NCBI GenBank assembly: GCA_964505885.1
Contig: CAZDKB010000001.1
Span: 26,908 to 74,220, forward strand
DNA from: an uncultured Flavobacterium sp.
GTDB taxonomy: Bacteria > Bacteroidota > Bacteroidia > Flavobacteriales > Flavobacteriaceae
Direction: 5' to 3'
Length of the DNA: 47,313 nucleotides
The notes beneath the pieces are model-generated. The model saw nothing but the letters and a program-made list of their open reading frames with translations, was not told where the DNA came from and did not search any database. A program made the position numbers and the translations under genes. Of this stretch, positions 9,253 to 18,465 are shown piece after piece (positions within the stretch are counted from its first letter, which is position 1; each line of letters begins with the position of its first letter).

Positions 9253-10428
9253 TTATTTCGCAAGCAAAATAGAAACTGCATTTCCGCCAAAACCAACGGC
9301 GTTTACAAGAACTTTTTGAATTTTTGAGGGTTTGTTTTGCTCCGTTCCAAATGGAACGCGAATTACCTGTTCGTTTTGGATCATTCTAATGGCTAAATCT
9401 AAACTTAATAATCCTGAAGCTCCAAAAGTATGCCCCAACTTCCATTTGTTAGTAGTCAAGAAAGGAAGGTTATCACCGAAAATCTTTTGAATGGCCTTGT
9501 ACTCCGATTCGTCTCCCTTAATCGTTCCAGGGGCATGCATAACAACAGCATCTATTTCATTGGGATTAATATCGGAAATCGCCATTTTCATGGATCTTTG
9601 GAAGCATTCTGCTTCAGCAGTGATAGAGGTATTATGTTCTAAAATCTCTGTTGCATATCCTAAACCAATAATCTTTGCCAATGCCTCTTCCGAATCTCCT
9701 TCTTCAATACAAATTGCAGATGCACCTTCACCCAACACCATTGTGTTTCTTTTCTTTTGAAGGTCTAAAGCCCGACATGGAAATAAACCTTCGGTTGTAC
9801 CTCCTCTTGATTTTGATGATGCATAAATCTTCATCGCCTTCATCTGAGCAATGGTAAATTCGGTCAAAGAAGCCTCTGTTCCACCAACCAAAAACTTATC
9901 CGTCATACCAGATCGAATCCAAGCTATACCATTCAATAAAGAGTGTAAGGCTGTTGAGCAAGTAATAGAATGTGAAATATCCGGTCCTTTGGTCTGTAAA
10001 TCGTGGGCTATCCATGATGAGATATTTCCCAAGGTTGTTGTTGGAGAGCTTAATGTTGATGCTTTATGACCTGCAAGAAACTCGTCGTAATACTTCTCAA
10101 AAAGTTGAGTGGCTCCACGGGAAGAGCCAAAATTAACTCCAAAGCTAGACTCTGTATTCCAGCCAGCATCTTCAACAGCTTTTCTAGAAACATAGATGCC
10201 ATAAAGAACAGAGCTGTCTAGTTTTTTATACTTTGAATCAGAGTTCCTGAGCTCAGTGATTTCATTTTGTACTTTTTCCGGCAGCTCCGCAACCCATGCC
10301 TCAAAGTGTTCAAATTGCTTCTTTGTCAAATGATGATCGTCATTCAAATAATGATCCCAAATCTCGTTTGGTATATTTCCTAAGGCAGATATAGATGCTA
10401 AAGAAATTATTGAAATCGGTTTGTTCAT
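9253..10428 (-). CDS. FabF/FabB-like beta-ketoacyl synthase embedded in the biotin cluster
   Basis: Cys-His-His triad (ITCST, MHAPGT, KWKLGH), GEGA, GFGG; start MNKP; TATTTTTG at 10449-10456. Confidence 0.9.
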   Translation of the reverse strand: MNKPISIISLASISALGNIPNEIWDHYLNDDHHLTKKQFEHFEAWVAELPEKVQNEITELRNSDSKYKKLDSSVLYGIYVSRKAVEDAGWNTESSFGVNFGSSRGATQLFEKYYDEFLAGHKASTLSSPTTTLGNISSWIAHDLQTKGPDISHSITCSTALHSLLNGIAWIRSGMTDKFLVGGTEASLTEFTIAQMKAMKIYASSKSRGGTTEGLFPCRALDLQKKRNTMVLGEGASAICIEEGDSEEALAKIIGLGYATEILEHNTSITAEAECFQRSMKMAISDINPNEIDAVVMHAPGTIKGDESEYKAIQKIFGDNLPFLTTNKWKLGHTFGASGLLSLDLAIRMIQNEQVIRVPFGTEQNKPSKIQKVLVNAVGFGGNAVSILLAK

Positions 10429-10526
10429 TTTGGAGAATTCTCGGGCCACAAAAATAATTCAACTATAAGGATTAGCCATAAAAACTAGTGAAATATATTT
10501 TGTTATATTCATCCAAAATATTGAAA

Positions 10527-10949
10527 ATGGAAGAACAAATTCATCAAAGTTGGTTTAAGAGAAATTGGAAATGGTTTGTGCCTACTTTAGGGTGCGGAAC
10601 GATCATCATATTATTCGTAGTGCTCGCAATTACTGTGGTCTCTGGAGTTACCAATATGATTACTAATTCAGAACCATCTCAGCATGCTTTTGACTTGGCT
10701 TCCAAAAATGAAAGAGTCATTGAAATCATTGGAATTCCAATAGAAAAAGATGGCACAACCAGAGGGAACTTTCAATTTAGCGATACGGATGGTAGTGCTA
10801 TGGATATGCAAATTCCAATAAAAGGCCCTAGAGGAAGTGGAACTTTAGTTATTGTTGGAAACAAGTTTGAAGGAGAGGAATGGTCTTATTCTAAACTCCA
10901 TATCATCATTTCTGAGTCTGAGGAAAAGATCGAGCTCAAAGAGAATTAA
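10527..10949 (+). CDS. Coa1-family (cytochrome oxidase assembly factor 1-like) membrane protein
   Basis: SWFKRNWKW N-terminus, single TM, IPIKGPRGSG motif; start moved to MEEQ. Confidence 0.75.
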   Translation: MEEQIHQSWFKRNWKWFVPTLGCGTIIILFVVLAITVVSGVTNMITNSEPSQHAFDLASKNERVIEIIGIPIEKDGTTRGNFQFSDTDGSAMDMQIPIKGPRGSGTLVIVGNKFEGEEWSYSKLHIIISESEEKIELKEN

Positions 10950-12211
10950 ACGATATCTAAAGCTTCTTCCATTACTTGATAGACCTTCTGAAGTTCGTCT
11001 TGGGAGATTACATATGGAACTTGTAAATACAAGGTGTTTCCTAAGGGTCTTAAAAAGACACCTCTGTCCATAAAGAACTTTAGTAGCTTATCTCTGAGTC
11101 CACCATAACGTTCTGTTTCTGTATTAAGATCTAAGGCGAAAATAATTCCGATATGTCTAGTTGCTTTTACCTTTGGATGAGATGAAATTCTTTTGCCAAA
11201 TTCTTCATGTGATATGCTAATCTCTTTGATCTGAAGCTGTATACAATCTGTTTGCAATAACTCAATCCCCGCTAAAGCTGCAGAACAAGCCACAGGATTG
11301 GCAGAATAAGTATGACAATGAAAGAATCCTTTAGCGATATCATTGCTTAAAAAAGCTTCATAAATGGCCTCTGTACACGAGGTAATCGCCATCGGCAATA
11401 ATCCCGCTGTTAACGCCTTACTCAAACAAATGATATCCGGTTTCGTATCAACATAATCCGAAGCAAAGTTCTTACCCGTTTTTCCAAACCCTGTCATTAC
11501 TTCATCCGCAATGGTAAGTACATCATTGGCTTTACAGAATTTAAGAATCTCATTCAGATCTTCCGCTTCATGGATCTTCATTCCAGCGGCACCTTGAACC
11601 AAGGGTTCATAAATAAATCCTGCAATGGATTCATTGGAAATATGCGCTTCCAGAAGCTGAAGGATCTCTTCTAAATTCTCTCCATTAGGAACGGGAATTC
11701 GCTTTACCTCCATTAAAAAATCTTCAAACGGACCGTTATAAACAGATAATCCAGAAACGCTCATAGCGCCAAATGTGTCGCCATGAAATCCGTTTTTAAA
11801 AGCAATAAAGGTACTTCTCTTTTCACCTCTATTAAAGTGGTATTGAAGTGCCATTTTGATACTGGATTCAACGGCCGTAGAACCGTTATCATTAAAGAAA
11901 ATTCGGTTTTGTCCTTTAGGTAAAATCTTGATCAGTTCTTCAGAAAGTCGCACTGCAGGTTCATGCGTGAAATCGCTGAACATAACCTGATCTAGTTGCT
12001 GCATTTGTTCATAGACCTTCGATGTAATATACTCGTTACAATGACCAAAAACACAGGTGTACCAAGAAGAGATTGCATCGATGTATTCATTTCCATTTTC
12101 ATCGGTGAGAATGCATCCCTTAGCTCTTACAATCGCTAAACTTTCTGGATTTAGCTGATGTTGTTTTAGCGGATGCCACAAATGCTTTTTGTCTCTTTCT
12201 TGTAAATTCAT
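10946..12211 (-). CDS. bioA: 7,8-diaminopelargonic acid aminotransferase
   Basis: WHP, SSW, HGDTFG, EPLVQGA, IADEVMTGFG, PLP lysine (LSKALT), LRPLGN. Confidence 0.95.
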   Translation of the reverse strand: MNLQERDKKHLWHPLKQHQLNPESLAIVRAKGCILTDENGNEYIDAISSWYTCVFGHCNEYITSKVYEQMQQLDQVMFSDFTHEPAVRLSEELIKILPKGQNRIFFNDNGSTAVESSIKMALQYHFNRGEKRSTFIAFKNGFHGDTFGAMSVSGLSVYNGPFEDFLMEVKRIPVPNGENLEEILQLLEAHISNESIAGFIYEPLVQGAAGMKIHEAEDLNEILKFCKANDVLTIADEVMTGFGKTGKNFASDYVDTKPDIICLSKALTAGLLPMAITSCTEAIYEAFLSNDIAKGFFHCHTYSANPVACSAALAGIELLQTDCIQLQIKEISISHEEFGKRISSHPKVKATRHIGIIFALDLNTETERYGGLRDKLLKFFMDRGVFLRPLGNTLYLQVPYVISQDELQKVYQVMEEALDIV

Positions 12212-12215
12212 CTTT

Positions 12216-12239
12216 TGTCATGCTGAACTTGTTTCAGCA
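12216..12239 (+). repeat. REP-like short palindromic element
   Basis: TGTCA-TGCTGAA-CTTGT-TTCAGCA hairpin in the bioD-bioA spacer; resembles the GTCATGCTGAACTTGTTTCAGCA repeat recalled from Bacteroidota genomes; single copy in window. Confidence 0.55.
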
Positions 12240-12274
12240 CCTTTTCATTGTATATTATACAGTCCTTATTCAAA

Positions 12275-12889
12275 CTACAATTTGTCCCTAAATGAATCTG
12301 CGTATTCTTTGATCACATTTTGATCAAAATAGGGTTCATCATCAATTCTTCCTAAGACCTTAACCCCAGACATTTTTTCAATAATAGATTCTGTAGTTGG
12401 GTGCTCATCACCTGAAAAAATAATAGAAACATCAAATCCTTTTTCCTTTAGTAAGGTTAAAGATAGAAGAGTATGATTAATGCTACCCAAATAATGTCTT
12501 GAAACACAAATCACCTTATATTCTGGTTTGATGACATCCAAAATCGTATCCTGATCATTCAATGGAACCAATAAACCACCAGCACCTTCAATTACCAAAT
12601 GATTCTTTGTTGTGGGTTCTTTAATATTTTTCAATTCTATCTTCACTCCGTCGATCTCTGCGGATGCATGCGGACTCATAGGAGTTTCTAAGGCATAAGA
12701 ATTGGGATGAAAAACCGATTTTGAATTCGATACCATTGACTTCACCTTATCTGAATCCGAAAAATGTAAATCTCCAGATTGCACAGGTTTCCAATAGTCG
12801 GCCTCCAAGGCTTCAGTGATAATTGCTGAAGCAATGGTCTTACCTACCTCAGTTGAAATTCCGGTAATAAAATATTTCTTCTGTTCCAT
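12275..12889 (-). CDS. bioD: Dethiobiotin synthase
   Basis: TGISTEVGKT P-loop, WKPVQSG, SPH, EGAGG, LGSINH. Confidence 0.97.
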   Translation of the reverse strand: MEQKKYFITGISTEVGKTIASAIITEALEADYWKPVQSGDLHFSDSDKVKSMVSNSKSVFHPNSYALETPMSPHASAEIDGVKIELKNIKEPTTKNHLVIEGAGGLLVPLNDQDTILDVIKPEYKVICVSRHYLGSINHTLLSLTLLKEKGFDVSIIFSGDEHPTTESIIEKMSGVKVLGRIDDEPYFDQNVIKEYADSFRDKL

Positions 12890-14020
12890 TCAGGATACAA
12901 AAATACGAAGCAAGCCTAAGACATCAGTTATCTCTTCAAAAGAATTATAGGCATGGAGACAAATTCGTATTCGCTCTTCTCCTTCAGGAACTGTAGGTGA
13001 TAAAATTGGCTTCACATCAAAACCTTGTTCTTGAAGATCTTTAGCAATTGATTTTACATTTGAATTACCCGAAATCAAACAACAATGTATAGCAGAATCA
13101 CTCTGAATAAATTTTTCACTAAGGTTAAGTCTATCCAATTCTTGCTTAAAAAACTTAATGTTTCTGCGAAGTTTATGTTGATTTTGAGAATGAATCATCT
13201 CTTGATAACTGAACAAAATAGTTGAAAGAGAATGAGGAGGAAGTCCTGTTGTATAAATAAAACTACGGGCAAAGTTTACGAGATAAGACCTTAATTCGGA
13301 TGAGCCCAAAATCGCAGAACCATGGCAACCTAAAGCTTTGCCAAAGGTGATAATTCTAGCAAATATCTGTTTATTGAGTTCTTGTGCCAATCCAATTCCC
13401 TTCTCGCCAAAAACTCCCAGAGCATGAGCTTCATCAATTACAAGAAATACGTTAAACTCATTCGCTAGGTTTACCAGTTTTTCAAGATTGGGTGAATCTC
13501 CATCCATAGAAAAGACAGATTCTGTAATGATATAAACCGTATCTGATTCATCGAATTTGTTTAGCAATTCTTCTAAATGTTCTAGATCATTATGACGGAA
13601 TTTATAGGCTTTTGCATTATTCATTTGGATTCCATCTCGAATGGAAGCATGAGATAATTCGTCAAACAAGATTACATCTCCGCGTTGAGGAACTGATGAA
13701 AAAAAACCAATATTGGCATCATAACCTGAGTTGAAGATTAAAGACGCTTCAACATTGTGAAACTCAGATAAAAAATCTTCAACTTCATTAAAGAGTTGAT
13801 GGTTTCCAGAGATCAATCTAGACCCGGTAGCTCCATTGTTTTGCAAATCAATTTCAATCAAATACTCATGGGCTCTTTGAAAAACATTCTCATCCTGAGA
13901 TAAACCTAAATAATCATTAGAAGAAAAATCAACTCTTTCTCCTGCTGAAGGAAGTTTCCTCAAAGAGTCGTTCTCTTCTCTATCTCTAAGTTTCTTCTGA
14001 AGTTTTTCCGGTAGATTCAT
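12890..14020 (-). CDS. bioF: 8-amino-7-oxononanoate synthase
   Basis: FSSNDYLGL, GSRLISG, SGYDAN, HASI, FSMDGD, DEAH, TFGKA; abuts bioD. Confidence 0.93.
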   Translation of the reverse strand: MNLPEKLQKKLRDREENDSLRKLPSAGERVDFSSNDYLGLSQDENVFQRAHEYLIEIDLQNNGATGSRLISGNHQLFNEVEDFLSEFHNVEASLIFNSGYDANIGFFSSVPQRGDVILFDELSHASIRDGIQMNNAKAYKFRHNDLEHLEELLNKFDESDTVYIITESVFSMDGDSPNLEKLVNLANEFNVFLVIDEAHALGVFGEKGIGLAQELNKQIFARIITFGKALGCHGSAILGSSELRSYLVNFARSFIYTTGLPPHSLSTILFSYQEMIHSQNQHKLRRNIKFFKQELDRLNLSEKFIQSDSAIHCCLISGNSNVKSIAKDLQEQGFDVKPILSPTVPEGEERIRICLHAYNSFEEITDVLGLLRIFVS

Positions 14021-14025
14021 TAGAA

Positions 14026-14053
14026 CAAAAGTATGTAAAATCTAGTACCTTTG
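14026..14053. promoter_or_regulatory. Back-to-back divergent -7 promoter elements (bioFDA and hypothetical gene)
   Basis: TACTTTTG on minus at 14033-14026; TACCTTTG on plus at 14046-14053. Confidence 0.6.
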
Positions 14054-14064
14054 CCTTAGAACTT

Positions 14065-14427
14065 ATGAGTATGCAAAAAGTGACTTCCTTAAAAGAAAAA
14101 TGGGATTATTTGGTTGAAGAATTGACGAATCAATTCTCAGATGGAGAAGATCTAAATGTAGATGGAATCATTTATTTAATTGGTGTTCAAGAACTAGGGC
14201 AAGGAAAAAGAAGATTTAAAAAAGACGACAAGGTCAACCTAATGCATATTGCAATTTGCAAATTACTCGAGCCTTATGGTTATTACGAATTTGATTATTT
14301 TGATGATGACGGCTGGCCACATTATAAAATGCTCACAGAGTTACCTAACCTAAAAGCTGGAGAGCAAACCGTTCTGATGAAAGAGGCTATCGTTGCCTAT
14401 TTTGAACAAATAGACTTCTTTAAGTAA
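14065..14427 (+). CDS. Conserved hypothetical protein
   Basis: IGVQELG...LMHIAICKLLEPYGYY...GWPH; own promoter. Confidence 0.8.
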   Translation: MSMQKVTSLKEKWDYLVEELTNQFSDGEDLNVDGIIYLIGVQELGQGKRRFKKDDKVNLMHIAICKLLEPYGYYEFDYFDDDGWPHYKMLTELPNLKAGEQTVLMKEAIVAYFEQIDFFK

Positions 14428-15214
14428 CACTCAATTTTCTGATCATATAAGCAAAGATCCTTGGGAAGAATCTTTTTACAAAAACACCCAATTTCTCTTT
14501 GGCTCCGGCAATATGTGCTTCTTGCTTTTTCTTGGCAATTGCTTTCGACATGAGTTTAGCAAATCTCTCTGGTTTGATTCCGTTTTCAGTTGCCTTATCC
14601 ATACTTTGCTGAGCAGAACCGTCGCCAGTAAGCGCGTTCATAGAAATTCCTGTTGTTACATAACCCGGACAGATCAAGGTTACTGAAATATTATCATGGA
14701 AAACCTCTGCTCTAAAGCTGTCGAAAAATCCATGAAGTGCATGTTTCGATCCTGTATAGGTCGATCTTAACGGACTGGCAATCCTTCCAACTATGCTTGT
14801 TGTCACCACATAATGACCTTGCTTTCTTTCAATAAAATGAGGCAGTAAAGCTTTGGTAAGGGCAATGGTTCCCATGTAATTGATCTCCATAATTCTTTTG
14901 TCGACATCAAGAGCAGTGTCTTTTGCCAAGGCTCTCTGACTGATCCCTCCATTGTTCACCAAAATATCAATACGTCCAAACCATTTTAAGGCTTCTTCTA
15001 CTTTTTTGTCAAATTGGTCATAAACCTCTAAATCTAGTGGTAAAACCTTAATGTTTTCAGAATTTTTACAAGCATTTTTTACTTCATTCAACGCCTTCTC
15101 TTTTCTCGCTGACAAGATGAGTAAAGCTCCTTGTCTATCTAATTCCATGGCCAACGCTCTTCCAATTCCGGAAGAAGCTCCAGTAATCCACACTACTTTA
15201 TTCTGAAAACTCAT
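14420..15214 (-). CDS. Short-chain dehydrogenase/reductase (DHRS7-like)
   Basis: TGASSGIG, NNGG, YxxxK (YTGSK). Confidence 0.92.
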   Translation of the reverse strand: MSFQNKVVWITGASSGIGRALAMELDRQGALLILSARKEKALNEVKNACKNSENIKVLPLDLEVYDQFDKKVEEALKWFGRIDILVNNGGISQRALAKDTALDVDKRIMEINYMGTIALTKALLPHFIERKQGHYVVTTSIVGRIASPLRSTYTGSKHALHGFFDSFRAEVFHDNISVTLICPGYVTTGISMNALTGDGSAQQSMDKATENGIKPERFAKLMSKAIAKKKQEAHIAGAKEKLGVFVKRFFPRIFAYMIRKLSVT

Positions 15215-15396
15215 ATTTAAAATTTGAACCGAATTTACGGATTTTTACGCTCTTGGCTGAGTCTTGAAAGAAAGCTTATATGAATCAATTAATCAGGAGT
15301 CTTAGAACTACCTTAACAAAATATTTACTCCGCAATTCATGAAGAAACTGTACTTTTGGTATGCTTCTTGGAAAGCTTACATCAAATCGATTATCT

Positions 15397-16764
15397 ATGA
15401 GAATACTAGTGTTATTGCTTGTTTTAGCAAGTTCGGTGGCTCAGGCACAATACTCCATCAAAGGAACAATTCACCCTCCAAAAAAATATCAATGGGCTCT
15501 TTTGTATAAAGTAGAAGGTGCAAGACAGGTATTTGTAAAGAACACGGAGATTAAGAAGGAATTACAAAGAAAAGACGGTAAGACAAGAACCATTGGAACT
15601 TTTGAATTCGATCTACCTATGAATGCAGATCCAGGATCCTATAGAATTACCTATGATCTTCAACGAAATCAATTTGTAGATTTCTTATTCAACAAAGAAG
15701 ATGTAGAGTTATCGTTTAATCCAGGTGATACTGAAAACACGACCTATTTTACCAAGTCTCAAGAAAACAAATTGTATCGAAAGTACCTCTACGAAATCTC
15801 ATTTGCACAACAGATTGTTGATTCTTTGCAAGTTGCTTATCTACAATCTCCAAATACAGAGAGCAGTGAAGCCTATAAGAAAGCAGTAAGTAGAATCGAG
15901 AAAATTCAAAGAGATTATAACGATACATCCAAGGGAACGCTTGCTTACTATTTTATAAAAGCTACAGACAGATATAATGCACCAACCGTGGCAAAAACTT
16001 CGAGAGAGTATTTAAACGGAGTGGTTTCTCATTTCTACGATAAAATAGATTTTGAGGATAAGCATCTTTATAATTCTTCCTTTTTAGTAGATCGGGTAGC
16101 AGATTATGTTTTTTATATGAATTATGCGGCAGACCCAAGAGAACAGGTTGCTATGCATAAAAGAGCAGTAGATATTTCTATTTCAAAAGTAAAGGATGAA
16201 GATTTTAAAGCAGATGTTATTCAATTCTTGATCTCACAATTTGTGGCTCTAAAGAATATTGATCTTGTAGATTATTTGATGACCAATCATTTTGATAAAC
16301 TTCCCATTGAAAAACAAGATGCTGATTTTAGAAAGCAAGTAGAAGAAAATATGGCTATTGCCATTGGAAAAATAGCTCCTGATTTTTCATGGACCGAAAA
16401 CGGCAAAGAAATGAGTCTTTCTACCTTGAAAGGAGGGCAGAACTATTTATTGATTTTCTACAGTACCACTTGTTCTCATTGTGAGCGTGAAGTGCCTGAA
16501 ATATTTGATTTCTTAAAAGGAAAAACAAAAACCAAAGTCATAGCCTTTGCGATGGAAACCAGTGATGCGGGGTGGAATGTCTTTAAAACAAAACTTCCAG
16601 GTTGGCATCATGTTTTGGGATTGAAAAAATGGGAAAATAAGATCGCTAGAAAGTATCAGATCAATTCTACTCCTACCTATTTTGTCTTAGGGATGGACAA
16701 AAAAATCATCGCCAATCCTGATAAGTTAAGCGAACTAAAAATGATCTTGAATCAGCTTAACTAG
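15397..16764 (+). CDS. Secreted TlpA/thioredoxin-domain protein
   Basis: Signal peptide MRILV...AQA; C-terminal GKIAPDF, CSHC and TPT thioredoxin-fold motifs; TACTTTTG at 15351-15358. Confidence 0.85.
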   Translation: MRILVLLLVLASSVAQAQYSIKGTIHPPKKYQWALLYKVEGARQVFVKNTEIKKELQRKDGKTRTIGTFEFDLPMNADPGSYRITYDLQRNQFVDFLFNKEDVELSFNPGDTENTTYFTKSQENKLYRKYLYEISFAQQIVDSLQVAYLQSPNTESSEAYKKAVSRIEKIQRDYNDTSKGTLAYYFIKATDRYNAPTVAKTSREYLNGVVSHFYDKIDFEDKHLYNSSFLVDRVADYVFYMNYAADPREQVAMHKRAVDISISKVKDEDFKADVIQFLISQFVALKNIDLVDYLMTNHFDKLPIEKQDADFRKQVEENMAIAIGKIAPDFSWTENGKEMSLSTLKGGQNYLLIFYSTTCSHCEREVPEIFDFLKGKTKTKVIAFAMETSDAGWNVFKTKLPGWHHVLGLKKWENKIARKYQINSTPTYFVLGMDKKIIANPDKLSELKMILNQLN

Positions 16765-16769
16765 ACGGT

Positions 16770-17129
16770 TTAGAAGTGGTAAAAGGCGTCTTCCAGATGC
16801 TCTATTTCCAATTTTTTATTCTGAATTGTTATTGCAATAATATCAAAGCGAACCTCTACGTCTAGTTCTCTGCTTTGTACAAATTCGTCAACCGCTTTTG
16901 TGAGTAGACTTATCTTTTTGCTCTTTACGAAGTCTTGCGGATCACCAAAATCATTTGATGATCTAGTCTTCACTTCTACCGCAGCTAATGTTGAACCTTT
17001 TTGTACAATAATATCTACTTCAGCTTTCTGATAACGCCAATTAGTTTCCAATAATTGATATCCTTTTTGAAGTAATAGATCTACTGCCAACTCCTCACCA
17101 AAACTTCCTAACTCGTTATGTTTTGCCAT
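16770..17129 (-). CDS. YraN/UPF0102 family predicted nuclease
   Basis: GEELA...NWR...EVDII...VEVKTR...RFDII. Confidence 0.92.
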   Translation of the reverse strand: MAKHNELGSFGEELAVDLLLQKGYQLLETNWRYQKAEVDIIVQKGSTLAAVEVKTRSSNDFGDPQDFVKSKKISLLTKAVDEFVQSRELDVEVRFDIIAITIQNKKLEIEHLEDAFYHF

Positions 17130-17216
17130 AACCTCTTTATTTTATGGTTACTAGATTATAAAAAAGTTACTTTGGTATTGATAAAATGCTATTTTTGATA
17201 CGCTAGTCAACAATCA

Positions 17217-18389
17217 ATGGATTTTACCTTTTACTTTAATGAGAAAAGTGCACCACTGCTCATCTTCTTTTTACATGGTCTGTCTTTTTCATTTCTACTT
17301 TTAAGAAAAGGTATCATTCAACAGAGAACATCTCACAGGTGGTTAAGCTTACTTTTGTTTTTAAACGCAATGTATATCGCACCTTATATGTTAGGATATT
17401 CGGGTTGGTATTCTAATGGAATCACTCGGGAGATTCTGTTTTTCGTTCCTTTTATGCAGGTGCTATTGATTGGTCCTGTCATCTATTTTTACACCAAAAG
17501 TTTATTGCATATCAACTATAAATTGACCAAGAAAGATCTGATTCATTTTATTCCTGCCTTACTTTATTTAATCTATAGCTTGGTGGTATTTATCACTGAC
17601 AAATTGATCTTAGATGAATTCTATTTCTATGCAGACGGAAGAGATAAGGATCTTGCCAATTGGTATCAGGCTACTGGTTTCTTTTCCATTGCCTCGTATA
17701 TAGTTTTAAGTCTACGCTTCTATTCAAATTATAAGAAATTGGTTTTCGATAAAGTGAGTTTCGCAGAGTCAATTCTATTCCAATGGATTCGAAATTTCTT
17801 GATCGCTTTTCTTCTGGTTGTAGTTCTAAGAACCATTTTCTTCTTTACAAATACAGTTTGGGAACAATATGGGAGTCAGTTTTGGTATTATATCTTTTTC
17901 TCTTTTGTGTTTTATTATATCTCGATTAATGGATATTCGAATGCAGTCAAAGTTTCGGCTCTTTATGGATTGAAAGGAGAAGAGGTAGATGTATTCGATG
18001 ATGTTGATACAGAATCAGCAGAAGAAAAAAGTGAATCAGAAGAGAAAGATCTGGAAAAATGGAAAGGAAAAATTCTAGAACTAATTACAAAAAATAAGAT
18101 CTATGAAAACCCTAGATTAACCCTCTCTGATGTGTCAAAAGAACTTCAAGTTACCACCAAAACCGTGTCTAGTATTGTGAATTCGGGATTTGACCTCAAT
18201 TTTAACGACTTTATTAATTTTCATCGAATTGAAGCCTTAAAACAACTCTTAAAAGAAGGAAAACACAAAAAGTCAACATTACTCGGACTCGCCTTTGACT
18301 GTGGGTTTAACAGCAAAGCAACCTTCAATAGAGCCTTCAAAAAAAACACGGGAGTTTCACCAAAAGAATACCTCGACTCAATCCAATAA
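17217..18389 (+). CDS. Membrane-anchored AraC-family transcriptional regulator
   Basis: Multiple N-terminal TM helices; C-terminal LAFDCGFNSKATFNRAFKK HTH. Confidence 0.92.
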   Translation: MDFTFYFNEKSAPLLIFFLHGLSFSFLLLRKGIIQQRTSHRWLSLLLFLNAMYIAPYMLGYSGWYSNGITREILFFVPFMQVLLIGPVIYFYTKSLLHINYKLTKKDLIHFIPALLYLIYSLVVFITDKLILDEFYFYADGRDKDLANWYQATGFFSIASYIVLSLRFYSNYKKLVFDKVSFAESILFQWIRNFLIAFLLVVVLRTIFFFTNTVWEQYGSQFWYYIFFSFVFYYISINGYSNAVKVSALYGLKGEEVDVFDDVDTESAEEKSESEEKDLEKWKGKILELITKNKIYENPRLTLSDVSKELQVTTKTVSSIVNSGFDLNFNDFINFHRIEALKQLLKEGKHKKSTLLGLAFDCGFNSKATFNRAFKKNTGVSPKEYLDSIQ

Positions 18390-18393
18390 ATAG

Positions 18394-18415
18394 GTCTCAA
18401 ATCGAGATTTGAAGC
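18394..18415. promoter_or_regulatory. Putative AraC operator palindrome
   Basis: GTCTCAAATC-GA-GATTTGAAGC immediately downstream of the AraC gene and upstream of its putative target. Confidence 0.5.
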
Positions 18416-18465
18416 GATTCGACAGGATTAAGCTTGCACATTTGCATCAAAATTAATCATCAGTC

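Noticed and set aside
9253-10428. Type II PKS / aryl polyene (flexirubin) cluster
   Set aside because: No ACP, chain-length factor, reductase, dehydratase or dar genes adjacent
12890-14020. Serine palmitoyltransferase or capnine synthase instead of BioF
   Set aside because: Directly abuts bioD-bioA, so BioF is the simplest reading
16770-17129. YraN nuclease as a defence or mobile element marker
   Set aside because: Widespread housekeeping-like gene with no defence or mobility neighbours
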